Shown here in pieces: positions 1 to 7,797 of a stretch of 36,549 bases of DNA. This DNA is from a virus. The notes beneath the pieces were generated by a model. It was not told where the DNA came from and did not search any database. It was given only the letters and a program-made list of their open reading frames with translations. Each line of letters starts with the position of its first letter. Within the stretch, counting starts at the first letter, position 1. Location of the stretch: positions 1 through 36,549 of the IMG/VR virus record IMGVR_UViG_3300031853_000132. One strand, given 5' to 3'. The translations under genes and the position numbers were made by a program.

Positions 1-127
1 AAGAAAGCGCGGCAAAAATCGCCGCTATGGAGCGTTCGGGAAAAGTAAAAGATTACCTTTCGGGCAAAAAGTTTGTAAACAAAATCACACAGGACGCAAT
101 CACCGCGAAAATGTGCGAAGCATTGGG
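1..127 (+). repeat. Terminal overlap copy 1 (identical to 36423-36549)
   Basis: Read base by base: aagaaagcgcggcaaaaatcgcc...gtgcgaagcattggg is present at both window ends. Confidence 0.95.
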
Positions 128-317
128 AGCAGACGAAAGCAAGGGAAAGAATCTTGATGATATTTTCGCCGAAATCACAAAAGACCAGTCGGACATCTTG
201 AAAGACGATACAAAGCCAACCCCGCCGAAAGTTCCGGCAATGGGCGGGAAAAGCGGAAAGTCAGACGATGACGCACAGGCGCGCGCCGTTATGGGATTGC
301 CGCCTAAAAAAGATTAA
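1..317 (+). CDS. Scaffolding protein, 3' part (continues in frame from 36197-36422 across the circular junction)
   Basis: Position 1 is codon position 2 of the ORF starting at 36197, so the frame matches track ORF 27..317. The protein is charged and coiled-coil-like and sits directly upstream of the major capsid gene. Confidence 0.6.
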   Translation, partial: ESAAKIAAMERSGKVKDYLSGKKFVNKITQDAITAKMCEALGADESKGKNLDDIFAEITKDQSDILKDDTKPTPPKVPAMGGKSGKSDDDAQARAVMGLPPKKD

Positions 318-334
318 ACAGGAGATTTTAAACT

Positions 335-1222
335 ATGGCTAATCAGATTGCAAAGTTTAAGAAGTATGTAGACTTGCTTGACGAAGTCTACCAGAGCGTA
401 AGCAAAACAGCCGTTCTTGAAAGCGACGCTACCCTCGCACAGCAGGGAGCAAACGCAAACGAAATTATTATCCCAAAGCTTAGCATGGACGGCTTGGGAG
501 ATTACGACCGCAACAGCGGATATGTAAACGGCGATGTCACGATGACTAATGAGACCGTACAGTTTAACTACGACCGCGGCCGCAAGTTCAGCGTTGACGC
601 TATGGACAACGAAGAAACCGCAGGGCTTGCCTTTGGTAAACTTGCCGCCGAGTTTATCAGAACTAAGGTAGTGCCGGAACAGGACGCTTTCCGCTTTGCA
701 ATTTATGCAAAGCTTGCGGGAACAAAAGTTACAGGTACACTTTCGAGCGGTACAGACGTTCTTGCAGCTTTGCAGACAGCCATTGCAGCAATGGACGACG
801 CAGAAGTACCCGCAGAAAACCGTCACTTGTTTATTACCCCTGCGCTTTTGATTGCTGCGCAGAACGTAGATACTACAAAGAGCCGCGAAATCTTGGGAGC
901 TTTTGCAAGTATTACAAAAGTACCACAGGCGCGTTTCTATACCGCTATCGACCTTTACGACGGCAAAACATCGGGCGAAACTGCGGGCGGTTATGTTAAG
1001 CACGTTTCTACTGGCGAATCAGACCCAGCAGGAAAAGACATTAACTTCCTCATTGCTGAGAAATCAGCCGTATTGCAGTTCACAAAGCACCGCGTTGACA
1101 AGGCTATCCCGCCCGAGGACAATCCCGACGCTGACGCATGGATTTTCAACTTCCGTGAATATGGCTTGGCTGACGCATACGAAAACAAAACAGCAGGTAT
1201 TTATCTGCACCACAAGGCATAA
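335..1222 (+). CDS. Major capsid protein
   Basis: 295 aa ORF with an AGGAG Shine-Dalgarno upstream. It lies immediately after the scaffold gene and before the connector genes. Size and position fit an HK97-fold coat protein; no motif-level proof. Confidence 0.7.
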   Translation: MANQIAKFKKYVDLLDEVYQSVSKTAVLESDATLAQQGANANEIIIPKLSMDGLGDYDRNSGYVNGDVTMTNETVQFNYDRGRKFSVDAMDNEETAGLAFGKLAAEFIRTKVVPEQDAFRFAIYAKLAGTKVTGTLSSGTDVLAALQTAIAAMDDAEVPAENRHLFITPALLIAAQNVDTTKSREILGAFASITKVPQARFYTAIDLYDGKTSGETAGGYVKHVSTGESDPAGKDINFLIAEKSAVLQFTKHRVDKAIPPEDNPDADAWIFNFREYGLADAYENKTAGIYLHHKA

Positions 1223-1233
1223 GGGGGCGCGGA

Positions 1234-1371
1234 ATGAAAACAGTAGGATATATTCCTAAAGCTACAAAGGACAACAAGCCAACAGCTGACGGCGGAAAGA
1301 ACGGCGGCAACAAACCGCAGAACACACCCGACAAAGGCGGGGACAAGCCAACAGCTGACGGCGGAAAATAA
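1234..1371 (+). CDS. Small Lys/Gly/Pro-rich protein (45 aa) with an internal duplicated DKPTADGGK segment
   Basis: ATG follows AAGGGGG. The ORF contains a perfect 25-bp direct repeat (1274-1298 and 1343-1367). It is below the ORF-track size cutoff. Confidence 0.35.
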   Translation: MKTVGYIPKATKDNKPTADGGKNGGNKPQNTPDKGGDKPTADGGK

Positions 1372-1383
1372 GGAGCGGGCGGA

Positions 1384-1773
1384 ATGTTCGAGAATGTAAA
1401 CTACACATATTATAGCGATACTCTAGGGCGTTCCGCCGTTCCCAGCGAAGCGGATTTTAACAACTACGCCGACGACAACAAAATGTTTGTGAAACAACTT
1501 GTAAACGACGGCATAGTAACGGAGCGGGAAGAAAACGGGCTTGATATTGCCGTATGCAGAATGATTGAAATTGATTATCTGACAGCGCAGGAAGCAAGCG
1601 GAGCGGCGGCAGAAAACGGCGGGAGCGTAGCAAGCGAAAGCATTAACGGCTACTCGTACAGCTATGACAAAACCGCACAGCAGGAAGCCGTAAAGCTGAA
1701 CGCCAAGAGCGCGGCGGCTAAGAAAATCGACATCATAAAACTGTATAACGACTATAACGCGGGGGTTTGCTAA
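1384..1773 (+). CDS. Head-tail connector/adaptor protein (by position)
   Basis: 129 aa ORF with a GGAGCGGG SD. Called by synteny between the capsid and tail genes. Confidence 0.45.
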   Translation: MFENVNYTYYSDTLGRSAVPSEADFNNYADDNKMFVKQLVNDGIVTEREENGLDIAVCRMIEIDYLTAQEASGAAAENGGSVASESINGYSYSYDKTAQQEAVKLNAKSAAAKKIDIIKLYNDYNAGVC

Positions 1774-2132
1774 TGGCGCGACCTATAGCAAAAAAGCTGC
1801 TGGTGCACACCTGCACGCTTAAAAAGCCCGCAGGACTTGACCGCGACAGAAACCCGACTTTTTCGGAAACAGTGCTAAAGCGCGTGAGAATCGGCGCGAC
1901 TTTTCAGACTGTACGGGGAAACGTGGGCGAAACCAAAGCCGACACAATGACGCTTGTAATTGACGCGGTTAATTCTGCGTATGAAACGACAAGCGGCGAA
2001 CCTACGGCGCAGGTATTGCCAGCGGAAAACGACGTTATTGTATGGGACGGCAAGAGCTTTACTGTGCGAAGCGTTACGCCTTGCTTTGCGCAGAGCGACA
2101 CCCCGCACCACTGGGAGGTAACGCTTGAATAG
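1773..2132 (+). CDS. Head closure / head-tail joining protein (by position)
   Basis: The ATG at 1773 overlaps the upstream stop (TAATG). The track ORF begins at a TTG at 1767. Confidence 0.45.
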   Translation: MARPIAKKLLVHTCTLKKPAGLDRDRNPTFSETVLKRVRIGATFQTVRGNVGETKADTMTLVIDAVNSAYETTSGEPTAQVLPAENDVIVWDGKSFTVRSVTPCFAQSDTPHHWEVTLE

Positions 2133-2493
2133 TAACGGCGGAATTACATTTAAGGCGACCGCGAACTTTAACAGCGCAGCTGCAAAACGAAAGTTTAGCG
2201 GAGCTATTCATAAAGCGCAGATAAAACTTGACGCGCAGGTTTTGACGGACAGTAACTACTATTGCCCGCTCAAAACGGGAACATTGCAAAAGTCGGGAAT
2301 TATAAACACCGTGTTAGGCAGCGGCCTTGTCGTATGGAAAACACCATACGCCCGCGCCCAGTATTACGGCGTAAACTTTGACAGAAGCAAAGACCCGAAC
2401 CCGAACGCCTGCGCGAAATGGTTTGAAGCTGCAAAAGCTCGGAAAGTGAAGCAATGGGAGAAACTTGTAAATGATACAGTCAAAAATAGCTAG
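2125..2493 (+). CDS. Neck/tail-completion protein, HK97 gp10-like
   Basis: TTG start six nt after GGGAGG. The motifs YCPLKTGTLQKSG and YARAQYYG resemble the gp10/minor-capsid family (from memory). Confidence 0.5.
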   Translation: MNSNGGITFKATANFNSAAAKRKFSGAIHKAQIKLDAQVLTDSNYYCPLKTGTLQKSGIINTVLGSGLVVWKTPYARAQYYGVNFDRSKDPNPNACAKWFEAAKARKVKQWEKLVNDTVKNS

Positions 2494-2863
2494 CGCGATC
2501 AGCGCATACGTTGAAAAAACGCTGCAACTGCCTTTTACAATCTATTGCGACCTTATCCCCGACGAAGCAGCCGACGGCGCTTGTGTTAGGCATGACCCGA
2601 CCCCAGCAGCAGAAGAACGCTACAACGACGGCACCCGCCTTGTGGCTTGGAACTTCACTTTTTACACTCGCTGCAAAAATGCTGCGAACGCGAGGGAATA
2701 CGGCAAACAGATAGTTGATACACTGGACGGCGCAACAGTATTGAGCGCTGAAAACATAAAGATAGAGTGCGAAGCAGTAACACTGCCGCAGTATATCGAC
2801 ACCGACGCAAAAGGTTTTACGACCTACGCCGAAAGTGTTAAATGCACATTTTTAGAGGAGTAA
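2471..2863 (+). CDS. Tail terminator / tail completion protein (by position)
   Basis: 130 aa ORF immediately upstream of the tail tube gene. Confidence 0.4.
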   Translation: MIQSKIASAISAYVEKTLQLPFTIYCDLIPDEAADGACVRHDPTPAAEERYNDGTRLVAWNFTFYTRCKNAANAREYGKQIVDTLDGATVLSAENIKIECEAVTLPQYIDTDAKGFTTYAESVKCTFLEE

Positions 2864-2869
2864 CAGACT

Positions 2870-3403
2870 ATGGGCGATTTAGTTAAAAAGACCAAAATTG
2901 TACCGTTCTTGAATACTGGCACAAGTTCAACACCCGTTTGGACACAGATTAAAAAGTCAACATCGTTCGACTTGAACACAAACCCGCAGGTAAAGACTTT
3001 TGATTTTATCTCAAGCGAACAGCCCGAGGAAGAAATCGACAGCTACCAGCCGAACCTTGCGCAGGCTTTGACAATGTTCAAAGGCGAACCCGACTACCAG
3101 CATATTTTTGATATGCTTTACGAACTGCCTACAGGCGAAAACGCTCACCGCGACGTGCTTATCGTTTTCTATCAAGAAACCGCAGAGTACACACCCGAGG
3201 GCAAAACAGAAAGCGAAACTGTTTATAAGGCTTGGAAAATTGACAGCTTGGTAAAAATTAACCAGCTCGAAACCACAAACGAACAGATTAACTTTGAACT
3301 TGGCTTCAACAACATCAAGCGCGGTGCTGCTGAAATCGTAAGCGGTAGCCCGTCATTCACAGAGGGTACATTCTCTAACGGAACATTTACCCCTGCTGCA
3401 TAA
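2870..3403 (+). CDS. Major tail (tube) protein
   Basis: 177 aa ORF with a GGAG SD, positioned upstream of the chaperone and tape measure genes. Confidence 0.55.
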   Translation: MGDLVKKTKIVPFLNTGTSSTPVWTQIKKSTSFDLNTNPQVKTFDFISSEQPEEEIDSYQPNLAQALTMFKGEPDYQHIFDMLYELPTGENAHRDVLIVFYQETAEYTPEGKTESETVYKAWKIDSLVKINQLETTNEQINFELGFNNIKRGAAEIVSGSPSFTEGTFSNGTFTPAA

Positions 3404-3960
3404 TGGACTTATCAGAAGCAAAGCTGCCCGAAACCGTAAAGGTGGACGGCAGCACATTTTACGTAAAAACATCGTTTAAGTTTTGGCTCAAGTTCTTAAA
3501 GAAACTTGATGATAAAAACGCGCCGCCTGTTGATTTTGACTTTATGTATAACGGGGCACGCCCTCGAAGTCGATTAAACGGAATTATGGCGCTTGTGCAA
3601 TTCTGCAACCCGCCGCAGTTACTACCGCGCCCCGAAGTGTTCGGCAGCGGCAGCAGCGAAAAGGCGACCGACTACATCGTAGACGCTGACTACATCTACG
3701 CGGCGTTTATGGAGCTTTACGGTATAGACCTTATCGAAAGCGATATGCACTGGTACAAGTTTTTAGCGCTTTTTAAGGGCTTACACGGTACGAAACTTAA
3801 CGAGATTATCGGCTACAGATTGTGGGAAAACACCAGCGGCAAGCGCGACGCATACACAAGGCAAATGGAAAAACTGCGCAGAGCTTGGGAACTTCCACAG
3901 ATAGAAACGGACGAAAACGACGAAGCACTGGCAGCGTTTGAAGCACGCTTGAATAAATAG
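3403..3960 (+). CDS. Tail assembly chaperone-like protein
   Basis: 185 aa ORF coupled by TAATG overlap and sitting directly before the tape measure gene. No overlapping frameshift extension is visible. Confidence 0.4.
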   Translation: MDLSEAKLPETVKVDGSTFYVKTSFKFWLKFLKKLDDKNAPPVDFDFMYNGARPRSRLNGIMALVQFCNPPQLLPRPEVFGSGSSEKATDYIVDADYIYAAFMELYGIDLIESDMHWYKFLALFKGLHGTKLNEIIGYRLWENTSGKRDAYTRQMEKLRRAWELPQIETDENDEALAAFEARLNK

Positions 3961-3963
3961 CAC

Positions 3964-3990
3964 GCCCTGCACGATTGCGGGGCTTTTTTT
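3964..3990 (+). terminator. Intrinsic terminator (stem GCCCTGC/GCGGGGC, 6-nt loop, T7)
   Basis: The hairpin at 3964-3983 is followed by ttttttt at 3984-3990. Confidence 0.7.
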
Positions 3991-3997
3991 ATGGGAA

Positions 3998-4011
3998 AAT
4001 GACTATATAGG
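3998..4011 (+). promoter_or_regulatory. Late-promoter-like motif AATGACTATATAGG (copy 1)
   Basis: Exact 10-mer AATGACTATA. The tape measure ATG (4013) lies 14 nt after the motif ATG, with no SD in between. Confidence 0.45.
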
Positions 4012-4012
4012 T

Positions 4013-6574
4013 ATGGCAAACGATGGCGAAATTAGATTTAATACCAAAGTTGACGAAAGCGGCCTTGATAAAGGCTTAAAGAGCGTCAAAGACAAAGTAG
4101 ACAATTTAGGCAAAGACACAAAGGGCTTGAACGCGCTTAAAACGGCGTTTAACGAAACGGGCGGAGCTGCTGCGGGCTTTACAAGCAAGCTGGGCGGCGT
4201 AGCGTCAAGCGGTGGCGTTGCTGCGGCGGCTATCACTGCGGCGGTAATGGCTGCAAAAAAATATATTGAAACACTCAAAGAAGCAAACGAAGCCTACAAG
4301 GTACAGGAAAAGGCAGAAAAGGCACTTTCAAAGGCTGCGGAAAACAACCCGTATATAAACGGCGAGGGCGTGGAGCGCCTTAAAGACTTTGCGGGCGAGA
4401 TCCAAAAAGTAAGCAACTACGGCGACGAAGCAACAATCGACATCATGGCGCAGCTTGCGGCCACAGGCAGAAGCGAAGCCGAAATAATGAAAATTATGGC
4501 GGCAGCTGCGGACTATGCAGCCGCAAAACATATCGACCTTAAAACGGCAGCGGAAACATTAAACAGCACATACAGCGGTATGGCTGGAACTATGGGGCGA
4601 CAGATTGCCGAAATTAAAGACCTTACCGACGAACAGCTCAAGAACGGCGACGCTATCGACCTTATAGCGAAGAAATACAAGGGCTTTGCAGCTGACGCGG
4701 TAGACAGTGGAACACAGGCAAAAAACGCTTTCGGCGACTTCATGGAATCAGTCGGCAAAATGGCAAACCCTATGTTTGAGGGCTTGAACCAGCGTGCAAA
4801 ATCGTTTTGGGAATCCTTGACCGAACAAATGAACAAGTTTAACGACGCGCTGGAAACTGCAAGCCGTAAATGGGGAATCGGCGGCATACACCGCGCCGTA
4901 AACGAGGGCGTAGACGTTATAAACACAACGTACACAAACAGCAGCACAGGCGAACAAAAACGCGGCGCAGACTTCCAAACCACGGAATATTTGAAATGGC
5001 TTAAAGAAGAATTAGAGTGGCGCGAAAAGCTCACAGACGAGGAACAAGCCGCACTCTTTGGAATTAACCTCGAATTAGAGCAGCGCGAACGTTTGGCGAA
5101 GTACAAAAAGGAACAGGCAGAAGCCGAAGCCAAGAAAAACGAAGAAAACAAACGACAGGCAGAAGCCGAAAAGACCGCAAACGACTACGCAGCCGCAAGC
5201 AATAAGGCGCTGCAAGAAAAATTAAAACTTCTTGAAGTTGAAGCAAAGGCAAAGGGCGAATCGGTAGACGCTCAAGACGTTTACAACGCTTATTTGCAGT
5301 CATACGTTGACTTGCTCACAAAGACAAACGGCACAATACAAGAGGGCTACCCGATAGAAGTACGCCGCCGAAAAGAGCTTGAGGAAGCAAAAAAGGCGCT
5401 GGACGCTGCAAGGGATAGCGAAGAAAAGCTCGCAGCCGCAATGCAAATGACGCAGGCGGCCACAAACGCAATTAACAGCATTAAGCGCGAAATGACACCA
5501 GCGCAGGAAATGCAGGAACAAATCAACGCGCTAGAAGAACTGAAAAAGAAAATACAGGAAACAAGCGAAGCAGAAATAGCAGCCGCACAAGCTGGCGAAG
5601 AAAAACAGTTAAGCAAACAAGAGCTTGTAAACGGCCTTGCGGGAGCTGAAAAGGCGCTCATAAACGAAAAAGTGGACGCAATCGCAGCAAAAGAAGAAAG
5701 CTGGTGGGACAAACACGCAAGCAAGCAAAAAGAATTGCTCGACATGAAACAGGCGCTTAACGACAGCGAAGTTTTAAGCGACGAAGAAAAATACAAGAAA
5801 ATGCAGGAGCTTGACGAAGCATACAAGCAGAGCAAGGCGGCGCAGATTGCCGACCTTATGACGCAAGTATCAAGCTACACAAACCAAACGGTAGACATCA
5901 TCAACAACGCTGCAAACTTAATGCTTGAAACTTCCAAGAACAACGCAAAGGCAGAACAGGCAGCGCTTGAGGAAAAATACTTAAAGGGCGAAATCAGCGA
6001 GGAAGAATACGAAGAAAAGATAACCGAGAGCCAAAAGAAAGCTGCAAAGGAACAGTACAAAATACAAATGGTTCAGTGGAGCGCTTCTATTTTGCAGGCT
6101 ACAGCGAACATCGCGCAGGGCGTAACGCAAGCAATCGCGCAGGGCGGTGTTGCGGGCTTAATTACGGGTTCATTGGTAGCAGCAGCGGGTGCGGTTCAGA
6201 TTGCGTCAATTATTGCTTCTAAACCTACCCCGCCGAACTTTGCGGGCGGTGGATTTATCGGCGGCATGAACGGCGCGACAATGGGAAGCGACAACACCTA
6301 TATACACGCACGCACTGGCGAAATGGTAGCGAACGCAGCACAGCAGCGCAACTTGTGGGAAGCCATGAACGGCGGAGCAAACGGCGCGGGCGGCGCGAAT
6401 ATCGTCATAAACAACAGCGCGGCAAACATCGCAACCGCCCAGCCAAAAATTACACGTAATCAAATCGAAATAATGATTGACGCGCGGGTAAATGACAGCT
6501 TGAAAAATGGCCGTTATGACAAATCACTGACGCAGGCCGAAAGCGGCATGGGCGGCGACTATTACGGAATCTAG
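4013..6574 (+). CDS. Tail tape measure protein
   Basis: 853 aa, Ala/Glu/Lys-rich coiled-coil body with a Gly/Ala-rich hydrophobic segment near the C-terminus. Located between the chaperone and tail-tip genes. Confidence 0.85.
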   Translation: MANDGEIRFNTKVDESGLDKGLKSVKDKVDNLGKDTKGLNALKTAFNETGGAAAGFTSKLGGVASSGGVAAAAITAAVMAAKKYIETLKEANEAYKVQEKAEKALSKAAENNPYINGEGVERLKDFAGEIQKVSNYGDEATIDIMAQLAATGRSEAEIMKIMAAAADYAAAKHIDLKTAAETLNSTYSGMAGTMGRQIAEIKDLTDEQLKNGDAIDLIAKKYKGFAADAVDSGTQAKNAFGDFMESVGKMANPMFEGLNQRAKSFWESLTEQMNKFNDALETASRKWGIGGIHRAVNEGVDVINTTYTNSSTGEQKRGADFQTTEYLKWLKEELEWREKLTDEEQAALFGINLELEQRERLAKYKKEQAEAEAKKNEENKRQAEAEKTANDYAAASNKALQEKLKLLEVEAKAKGESVDAQDVYNAYLQSYVDLLTKTNGTIQEGYPIEVRRRKELEEAKKALDAARDSEEKLAAAMQMTQAATNAINSIKREMTPAQEMQEQINALEELKKKIQETSEAEIAAAQAGEEKQLSKQELVNGLAGAEKALINEKVDAIAAKEESWWDKHASKQKELLDMKQALNDSEVLSDEEKYKKMQELDEAYKQSKAAQIADLMTQVSSYTNQTVDIINNAANLMLETSKNNAKAEQAALEEKYLKGEISEEEYEEKITESQKKAAKEQYKIQMVQWSASILQATANIAQGVTQAIAQGGVAGLITGSLVAAAGAVQIASIIASKPTPPNFAGGGFIGGMNGATMGSDNTYIHARTGEMVANAAQQRNLWEAMNGGANGAGGANIVINNSAANIATAQPKITRNQIEIMIDARVNDSLKNGRYDKSLTQAESGMGGDYYGI

Positions 6575-6583
6575 GGGGAACAC

Positions 6584-6949
6584 ATGGCGCAGAACTGGAG
6601 CACATACGTTAATACAAACTTTTACGGACAGGACGGCGGCTACAAGGACAACACCGAAAAAGTGGAGTTTAAGAGCGGGCGCACAGTCAAATATTTGAAA
6701 AACTCGCGCCCGAAAAAAACGCACGCCTTGAACCTGCGCTGCAAGGATAAAGGCACCGTAAAGGTTGACGGGAAAACCGAGTTTGAATGGCTTTTGTACT
6801 GGTACGAAAACACAGCCAAAAGCGGCACCGTTCCGATTTACTTAACGGACATTATAACGGGCAGCGGAACAAAGCAGTATCTTGTCACTATTGAGGGGTG
6901 GAGAGGCCAGCGCTTCAAAGAAGTAAACCTGCAACTTGAGGAAGTGTAA
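6584..6949 (+). CDS. Minor tail protein (lambda gpM-like position)
   Basis: 121 aa ORF, the first gene after the tape measure. GGGGGA SD. Confidence 0.4.
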   Translation: MAQNWSTYVNTNFYGQDGGYKDNTEKVEFKSGRTVKYLKNSRPKKTHALNLRCKDKGTVKVDGKTEFEWLLYWYENTAKSGTVPIYLTDIITGSGTKQYLVTIEGWRGQRFKEVNLQLEEV

Positions 6950-6952
6950 AAC

Positions 6953-7387
6953 ATGAATATTTTAAGAGCTTTAGCAGAGGGCGGCGGCTATAATCTGCCG
7001 TTTCTTTTGCACTTATACGATCCGACAGAAACAACGCATATTTACTTGATAAATGACAATGAGGACTACATCTATAACGGGCAAGAGTATTTATCAAGCA
7101 ATTTTACATACAGCCCGAACCGCGACGGCGACACCAATTTAAGCATAGAGCTTGTAGAGCACGACGAAATTATAGACCTGCTCGAAAATAACTACTATTT
7201 CCACGTGGACGTTATAGGCGTATTCAACGGCGAGGAAGTCGAAGAAATCGGGCAGTATATGCACAAATACGGCGAGGGAAGCTGGAGCGGCGAAAAGCTC
7301 GAAATAAAGCTGAATAAAGACGACCGCGGCGAAATGACTTTTCCAGCGCTTACGCTGAACAGCGACAACAACAGGGGCGGCAACTAA
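6953..7387 (+). CDS. Minor tail protein (lambda gpL-like position)
   Basis: 144 aa ORF between the M-like and K-like genes. Confidence 0.35.
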   Translation: MNILRALAEGGGYNLPFLLHLYDPTETTHIYLINDNEDYIYNGQEYLSSNFTYSPNRDGDTNLSIELVEHDEIIDLLENNYYFHVDVIGVFNGEEVEEIGQYMHKYGEGSWSGEKLEIKLNKDDRGEMTFPALTLNSDNNRGGN

Positions 7388-7797
7388 TGAAATATGACGA
7401 CCTTTTGAACATACCTTTTAAGAAGTTTGGACGCGACAAAAGCGGCTTTGACTGCTACGGCGTGGTTATGGAGTGCTGCAAGAGAGCGGGAACGCCCTTG
7501 CGGGACTTGTACGGCGATATAGTGGACTTACCCGCCGACGGGGTAAATGACTATATAAGCGGGGGCTTGAATGTGCGAGAAATCCCCGCCCCGAAAGTGG
7601 GCGCTATCGTATATTCAATCTATCACGGCAACGTACACGTGGGCTACATCGTAGACCGCGGCATAGTTCTACACGCCACAATCGACAAAGGCGTGAAAAT
7701 CTCACCGCTTGCGGCGTTGCGCCCTATTGCTTATTACGAGGTTATAAATGAAAGCGACCCTATACAAGACACTATCAAACAGACAAACACCGATTGA
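7387..7797 (+). CDS. NlpC/P60-type cysteine peptidase, tail-tip assembly protein (lambda gpK-like)
   Basis: GFDCYGVV (catalytic Cys context), then HVGYIV and LHAT downstream. Start is coupled by TAATG overlap. Confidence 0.65.
   Translation: MKYDDLLNIPFKKFGRDKSGFDCYGVVMECCKRAGTPLRDLYGDIVDLPADGVNDYISGGLNVREIPAPKVGAIVYSIYHGNVHVGYIVDRGIVLHATIDKGVKISPLAALRPIAYYEVINESDPIQDTIKQTNTD
7546..7559 (+). promoter_or_regulatory. Late-promoter-like motif AATGACTATATAAG (copy inside the NlpC/P60 gene)
   Basis: Exact 10-mer; identical over 15 nt (AAATGACTATATAAG) to the copy at 14449-14463. It lies about 190 nt upstream of the host-specificity gene start. Confidence 0.35.

Noticed and set aside
314-1003. 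229-aa minus-strand ORF opposite the major capsid gene. Similar antisense or alternate-frame ORFs occur elsewhere: 903..1259, 4513..5151, 5347..5835, 8896..9252, 10601..10969, 13906..14450, 14072..14503, 17147..18191, 23398..23862, 30592..31390 and 32168..33012.
   Set aside because: They overlap much longer, motif-bearing ORFs and have Cys/Ser/Arg/Phe-rich, low-complexity compositions typical of shadow frames. They lack SD sequences.
3403-4012. Expected G/GT-type -1 frameshift extension of the tail assembly chaperone
   Set aside because: No overlapping downstream ORF exists. The gene is followed by a terminator hairpin and the promoter-like motif.
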